Shown here piece by piece: positions 60,101 through 64,000 of a DNA stretch of 64,000 bases. A model generated the notes under the pieces. The model worked only from the letters and a program-made list of their open reading frames with translations. It ran no database searches and was not told the DNA's origin. The stretch spans positions 128,001 to 192,000 of the forward strand of contig JANRJK010000036.1 in the NCBI GenBank assembly GCA_033764015.1. The letters are read 5' to 3'. Position 1 is the stretch's first letter. Each line of letters starts with the position of its first letter. This stretch comes from Candidatus Sumerlaeia bacterium. Its GTDB lineage: Bacteria > Sumerlaeota > Sumerlaeia > SLMS01 > JANRJK01. Made by a program: the position numbers and the translations under genes.

Positions 60101-63100
60101 TCTCCGTGCCGCCGAAGACAGTGCTGATGGGGCCTACGCCGTAGTTGGCCATGAAGTAGACGCCATCCGGCACACCGTCGCCGGCCGCGCCACCGATGGT
60201 GGTGTTCGGGAACGAAAGCAGGTCGTCATCGGCCTGGGAGAAGTCGAGGTTGGCCAGCAGCACCTTCAAACCATCGCGGTTCGTGATCTGCTGTTTGGTG
60301 CCGCCGGTGCGACGGTTCACGACGAAGAAGTCCGGGGCGTAGCTGCCGGACTGCCCGGTGAGGCCGGTTCCGCTCAGTCCCCAGGAGTAGGGGCTGATCG
60401 GCGCGGCGACGACCGCAGTTGTGGTCGAGACCTCGAACTCGGACTCGGCTTCCACAACTACGGGCGGGGGCGCGAGGTCGGGCGTCACAGGCGGGACCCG
60501 GTCCTGATCCACACCTTGGCCACCGAAGACACCGTCGAGGCCGAGGGTCTCGTCGCGGAACCAAAACGCGTTGTAGGCGCGCTCGTACGGGTCCGTCGCG
60601 ATCGGATTGCGGTTGAACACCTGCGAAGCGAGCGACGGGTACCGAGTGGCGAAGTAGAGGAAGGCGTCCGGCGTCCCGGGGGGGAGCGGCTGGAAGCTGT
60701 CGTCCACCAGTTCGTTGCGCCGGTTGATGAGAAGGCGCTCGCTGCCGACCAGCGTGCTTGAGACGAATCCGTTGAGGGTGATCAGACCGGCGGGAAGGAT
60801 GCCCTGGAAGTCGGGGACACCTGGTTCGAAGTCCTCCACGGTCACCGAGTCGCCGAGGTCGAGCGGGGCGAAGTTGCTGATCGAACCGACGAGGAGGTCC
60901 ATGTCGCCGTCGCCGTCCACGTCCGCGGCGTTGCCGGTCGTGTCGATCATGTTGCCTTCGGAGGAGCCGCCGACAACCGGCTGGATGGCGCGGGCGGTTG
61001 GATCGACGACGCCAAGGGCGGTGTTCAGCACGCCCGGGTTGGCCACGCCGGTGACTTCGATGAAGAAGCCGTCGCCGACGCTATCGGTGTCCGCGTCGGG
61101 GTTGATGCGCTCGTCGTCCGCGTCGATGTTGAGCAGGATCCGCATGGGGGAGCCGCCGGCGATCTGGCCGCCCTGCGCCACCGCGCGGTTGATGAAGGCG
61201 ATATCGAGGTCGCCGTCGTTGTCGAGGTCGAAGAGGACCGGTGTGGAAGTGATGTCCTGGACCAGCGGCAGGCGGTCGTCGAAGTTGCCGACGATGCCGT
61301 CGATGCCGAACGTCAGTTCTTCGTAGTAGCCGGGGCGCGATTCGCCTTCGTTGATGAAGATGCGGTTCATCAGGCCCGTGCCGCTGCCGCCGGGGTTGCC
61401 GGAGATCGCCATCACGATGTCGGGGTAGCCGTCGCCGTTCAGGTCGCCGGCGGCGGAACCGAAGCCGAAGAGGTCGCTGGCGGGGAACTGCTGCGCGCTT
61501 TCGCGGGTTTCCGTCGCGGGGGAAACGTCCGTCAGGATGAAGACGCCGGGCGTGCAGGCGTCGCCGACACCATCGCCGTCGAAGTCGCCCTGATCGGCGT
61601 TCGGGGTGTCGGGGCAGTTGTCGGAGCCGTCGCCGACGCCGTCACCGTCGCGGTCGCCGTCGCAGATGTCGCCGACGCCGTCGCCGTCCAGATCCGCTTG
61701 ATCGGGGTTGGAGTCGAACGGGCAGTTGTCGATGTCGTCCGGGATGCCGTCGCCGTCGCGGTCCGTGTCGCAGGCGTCGCCGATGCCGTTGCCGTCGGCG
61801 TCCTCCTGGCCCGGATTGAAGATGTCGGGGCAGTTGTCGAGGTTGTTGTCGATCCCGTCGCCGTCGCGGTCGTCGTCGCAGACGTCGCCAAGGCCATCGA
61901 AGTCCGAATCGGCTTGGTCTTGGTTGGGCGTGTCGGGGCAGTTGTCGAAGGCGTCGAGCACGCCGTCGGCGTCGCGGTCGCCCGCGCAGATGTCTCCGAT
62001 GCCGTCTCCGTCCACGTCCGCTTGGTCCGTGTTGGGCGTGTAGGGGCAGTTGTCGGCGTCGTTGCCGACACCGTCGCCGTCGAAGTCCTCGTTGAAGATG
62101 ACGCTGGGGCGAACGTTGTCGTTCGTGATGATGTTGACGCCCGAGATCACCTCGCCTTCGACCGGGATCGCGTAGGCGCGCTGCGGGTCGTCGGAGTAGA
62201 TCGCGGTAGGCGTCTGGCGGATGTAGCCGTTTTCCACCCGCGCCAAGTCGCCCTGGAGGCCGGTGACGTTGTCGTAGAGGTACTCTGCGGTGAAGAGCTG
62301 CTCGATCGCGACCGAGTTGCCCGGGTCGGCCGTGCGCGGCTTGAACTGCACGATGACGCTTGTGTCGCGGATCACCGAGAAGCTGTCGGCGAACAGGCGA
62401 CCGCCGGGAACGTAGTCCCAGATGCCTTGGAGGCGAGCCTCGTCGGCGTCGGCCACGATGACGCGGCTGGGTACCGTGAGGGAGGGGACGCGTTCGTCGT
62501 TGAGGATCAGCGAGGCCTGGTGCGTCGGCGCGTCGATCGTGTTCGCCCAGGAGACCGCGCGGGGGATCGCGCCCTCGCCCTCTTCGCCGAAGCCGATGCA
62601 TTCCTCCACGATCGTTCCGCCGACGTTGATGGCGGGCCGGTCGATCGTGTAGGCGGCGTCGTACATCTGGGCGAAGCCCATGGAAAGCGGGAATGCGGTC
62701 TGGTTCTCGAAGGTCCACGTCTGCCGGATCACGCGCGGGACTTCGATGTCGAGCGCCGGGAGGCGGATGATCTCGAAGCGCTGCGTCGCGAAGACGACGC
62801 CCGCGGGCGCGGGGATCGCGAAGACCAGCTCGTAGATGTCGAAGGTCTCGTTGTTGATCGTGAGCGAGTCGAAGAAGTTGCCGACCTGGAAGCCGCGCGA
62901 ATCGACGTCGGTGACCCGCCCGTCCACGTCGACGAAGCGGAAGACCGTGTAGTTCTGCGCCGCGTTCTCGAGGAGAGCGGGTCCGTCGCTGAACGAATAG
63001 GTGAACCGGGAGTCGGGGTTGAAGAAGGTTTCCGTCTCATTCGTCACCGGGTCGGTGACGGTGAAGATCGAGAAGCCGATCTGCATTTCGACGTATTCGC

Positions 63101-63998
63101 TGCGGATCGTGACGTTCGACTCGTCCTCCGTGGAGGCGCGGCCATCGCCGGGGATCGGGGCGGAGGGATCGACGCCGCCGAAGAACTCGGTCGGGAAGGT
63201 CGGCACGAAGACATCGGAGTTGGTGTCGAAGTCGTAGCCGAACTCGAGCGGGTCGGCGAGGAAGTACCAGTCGCCGGGTTCGAGCGCGTGGATCGCGTAG
63301 TCGCCCTTGTTGATGACGCCTTCCGGGATGTTGAAGGAGTCCTGGTCGGTGCCGGAGAACTCGCGGACGCGGAGGTCGCGGCCCGTCAGGACCATCGCTT
63401 CCATCTGGATCGGGCCGACGTTCGGCTCTTCGAGGTTGCCAAAGCGGTCGACTTCCGCGGCGACCGTGTCGAGGTCGATGAAGCCGTCGGTGCGCTGGCG
63501 CCCGGCGTAGACGGCGCCGAGGTTGATGCCGGCCTCGGCGAAGAAGCCGAAGAACTGGTCGTATGCGCCGCCTTGGTAGAGGTTTCCGCGGACGCCGGGC
63601 TGCTCCTCGTAGTCGTCCGGGTAGGCCTGCGCGAGGGCGATCTCGTCGTCGAGCAGGAGCGTGCGGCGCTCGTAGGGGTTCGTGGCGAACTCGCCCAGCT
63701 CGTCGTCCAGGAGGATGAAGAAGTTCGAAAGCGAGGCGTTGAAGAGGTGAGACGGGGCGAGGCCCGCCATCTGGCCCGTGGCCTCCGTGAGGAGCGCCTC
63801 GAAGTCGCGCGTGCCGAGCGTGTCCTGCAGGTCGAGCCCGAGCTGGTCGAGGTCGGCGGCGTTCTCCGGGTAGAGATTGAAGTTGCTGGCCTGAGTGTTG
63901 AACGCCACGTCGGCGTCGACGATTTCGCCGGCCTTGTACTTCTTCAGCGGAAGCACCGCGTCGATGGAGGGCTCGATGCCGAGGCCGAGGCCGATGGA
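57144..63998 (-). CDS. Giant extracellular protein (>2280 aa, 5'-truncated): degenerate matrixin-like domain, thrombospondin type-3 repeats, FG-GAP/VCBS repeats, IPT/TIG-like domain
   Basis: DNCP repeats, many DxDxDGxxD motifs, NPDG-containing Ig-like domain, C-terminal SVQDWELME; frame open to the window end. Confidence 0.9.
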   Translation of the reverse strand, partial: SIGLGLGIEPSIDAVLPLKKYKAGEIVDADVAFNTQASNFNLYPENAADLDQLGLDLQDTLGTRDFEALLTEATGQMAGLAPSHLFNASLSNFFILLDDELGEFATNPYERRTLLLDDEIALAQAYPDDYEEQPGVRGNLYQGGAYDQFFGFFAEAGINLGAVYAGRQRTDGFIDLDTVAAEVDRFGNLEEPNVGPIQMEAMVLTGRDLRVREFSGTDQDSFNIPEGVINKGDYAIHALEPGDWYFLADPLEFGYDFDTNSDVFVPTFPTEFFGGVDPSAPIPGDGRASTEDESNVTIRSEYVEMQIGFSIFTVTDPVTNETETFFNPDSRFTYSFSDGPALLENAAQNYTVFRFVDVDGRVTDVDSRGFQVGNFFDSLTINNETFDIYELVFAIPAPAGVVFATQRFEIIRLPALDIEVPRVIRQTWTFENQTAFPLSMGFAQMYDAAYTIDRPAINVGGTIVEECIGFGEEGEGAIPRAVSWANTIDAPTHQASLILNDERVPSLTVPSRVIVADADEARLQGIWDYVPGGRLFADSFSVIRDTSVIVQFKPRTADPGNSVAIEQLFTAEYLYDNVTGLQGDLARVENGYIRQTPTAIYSDDPQRAYAIPVEGEVISGVNIITNDNVRPSVIFNEDFDGDGVGNDADNCPYTPNTDQADVDGDGIGDICAGDRDADGVLDAFDNCPDTPNQDQADSDFDGLGDVCDDDRDGDGIDNNLDNCPDIFNPGQEDADGNGIGDACDTDRDGDGIPDDIDNCPFDSNPDQADLDGDGVGDICDGDRDGDGVGDGSDNCPDTPNADQGDFDGDGVGDACTPGVFILTDVSPATETRESAQQFPASDLFGFGSAAGDLNGDGYPDIVMAISGNPGGSGTGLMNRIFINEGESRPGYYEELTFGIDGIVGNFDDRLPLVQDITSTPVLFDLDNDGDLDIAFINRAVAQGGQIAGGSPMRILLNIDADDERINPDADTDSVGDGFFIEVTGVANPGVLNTALGVVDPTARAIQPVVGGSSEGNMIDTTGNAADVDGDGDMDLLVGSISNFAPLDLGDSVTVEDFEPGVPDFQGILPAGLITLNGFVSSTLVGSERLLINRRNELVDDSFQPLPPGTPDAFLYFATRYPSLASQVFNRNPIATDPYERAYNAFWFRDETLGLDGVFGGQGVDQDRVPPVTPDLAPPPVVVEAESEFEVSTTTAVVAAPISPYSWGLSGTGLTGQSGSYAPDFFVVNRRTGGTKQQITNRDGLKVLLANLDFSQADDDLLSFPNTTIGGAAGDGVPDGVYFMANYGVGPISTVFGGTENDFISAQGTPLLFGIPDGLVGDVQTPDARTFDLNEVPTSFEFALGAAAADLRGSGSVTIVTITDNEGLYIYERFREANGFPIVNDDLALISRQQTGTILGGFDQAFLTGGDGQTYDANDNFYTVLTQRRPAIANNNETTPEGRGRAIAMADLDRDGGPDFVFVSDAPEGASINGQSTAGGVISLIRSNNSQGSDDNLFLTSAINLSFSGRVNGSDVDLVDVDSDGDFDAFVTVSGGQPRLLTNNLYSPSIRPVFGRSSTDAQMFYDATPTTIARGFNGAVSQLGVPNASPAGSTSAAVELDIDRDGRLDILVAGGKELADRGDYAYILKNTGVPQISSDKRFVPAGTGWPAPRLRQSISGSLSLNSTPQLFSSAAAADFDNDGDPDVLLGVFGGPAQFHKNINARETTLSGATPIEINSLAPQQVFERRVRQATPGADGFPAALIDGGSLLGHGAFEEYSFLLPFLGGTSPQRFTNEVVVGDIDNDGDLDAYFANGITDFGAPDALYVNNLTPNQPETLLFTEEALTRLPLVNIGGVDQMQPDDTVDAAFVDVNGDGYLDIVVVNRTATGAPGASLVTTCELYLNDPMNAGHFTRANRTQFPELSGAFQRVVPGDFGRNGDLPEDLDGDGVVTETESLNFNTMVAAIRAEDFPSAQVRARQTSIRVTEVQADPASPLRTVVTQRNQRYLDLNNNSAFEGVWDLAFFGDEGLVAYMANDGTGRFQLSTGVLPTVTGDPAPTYFDARLGDVDRDGWLDIATAANDNEVAGNVVFFHNEQQQGVASFNAVSTTEVPPPVTTLFPNNTSGPHGNPRAVALFDMDGDGDLDIYVGQAGRSFGLDTIGGLDYVYLNRLVGTGNNTPQNANVAPSGPVVTVVTPVLDVYVANPGYAPQGVERIVTLYGRNFKTGAQATFGDGITLLSQPIVRSSTEMEVKIRIAASAQPGARTVRVFNPDGETANAPSGAFTVSLAGNSNPITSVQDWELME
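61548..62087 (-). repeat. Five thrombospondin type-3 Ca-binding repeats (108 bp / 36 aa period)
   Basis: DxDGDGxxxxxDNCPxxxNxxQxDxDxDGxGDxC repeated five times. Confidence 0.93.
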
Positions 63999-64000
63999 GC

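Noticed and set aside
61548..62087. Regularly spaced DNA repeats that could resemble a CRISPR array
   Set aside because: They are degenerate in-frame 108-bp coding repeats (TSP3); there are no identical repeats with unique spacers and no cas genes

Overview
High-GC bacterial chromosome window, mostly housekeeping and cell-envelope genes: rne, yidC-jag, cysK, mnmG, tRNA-Ser(GGA), SRP RNA, rpmB, accD, pyrH, ilvC, a class B PBP, a Ser/Thr kinase, fabD, aroC and pgk, plus several surface-glycan genes (MBOAT with SGNH-like partner, GT2/GT4, two GT-C-like membrane proteins). The C-terminal motifs of the large secreted proteins suggest Candidatus Sumerlaeota (BRC1); this is an inference from recalled motifs, not a database result. 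I found no CRISPR array, rRNA, integrase or transposase. Most notable: (1) a co-oriented six-gene cluster of unknowns at 25146-31856 with a degenerate DUF3800-like RNase H fold, two paralogues of one helical family, a 1067-aa helical-repeat lipoprotein and an unannotated 45-aa membrane peptide; (2) a coupled giant adhesin-like protein and subtilase-like protein, both with apparently inactivated protease motifs; (3) a low-GC orphan gene resembling two fused immunity domains; (4) a low-GC YfhO-like glycosylation cassette; (5) a recurrent promoter shape with a strong -35 and almost no -10 consensus; (6) an elongated SRP RNA whose 3' arm can alternatively fold as its terminator. All family assignments come from motif recognition by eye.
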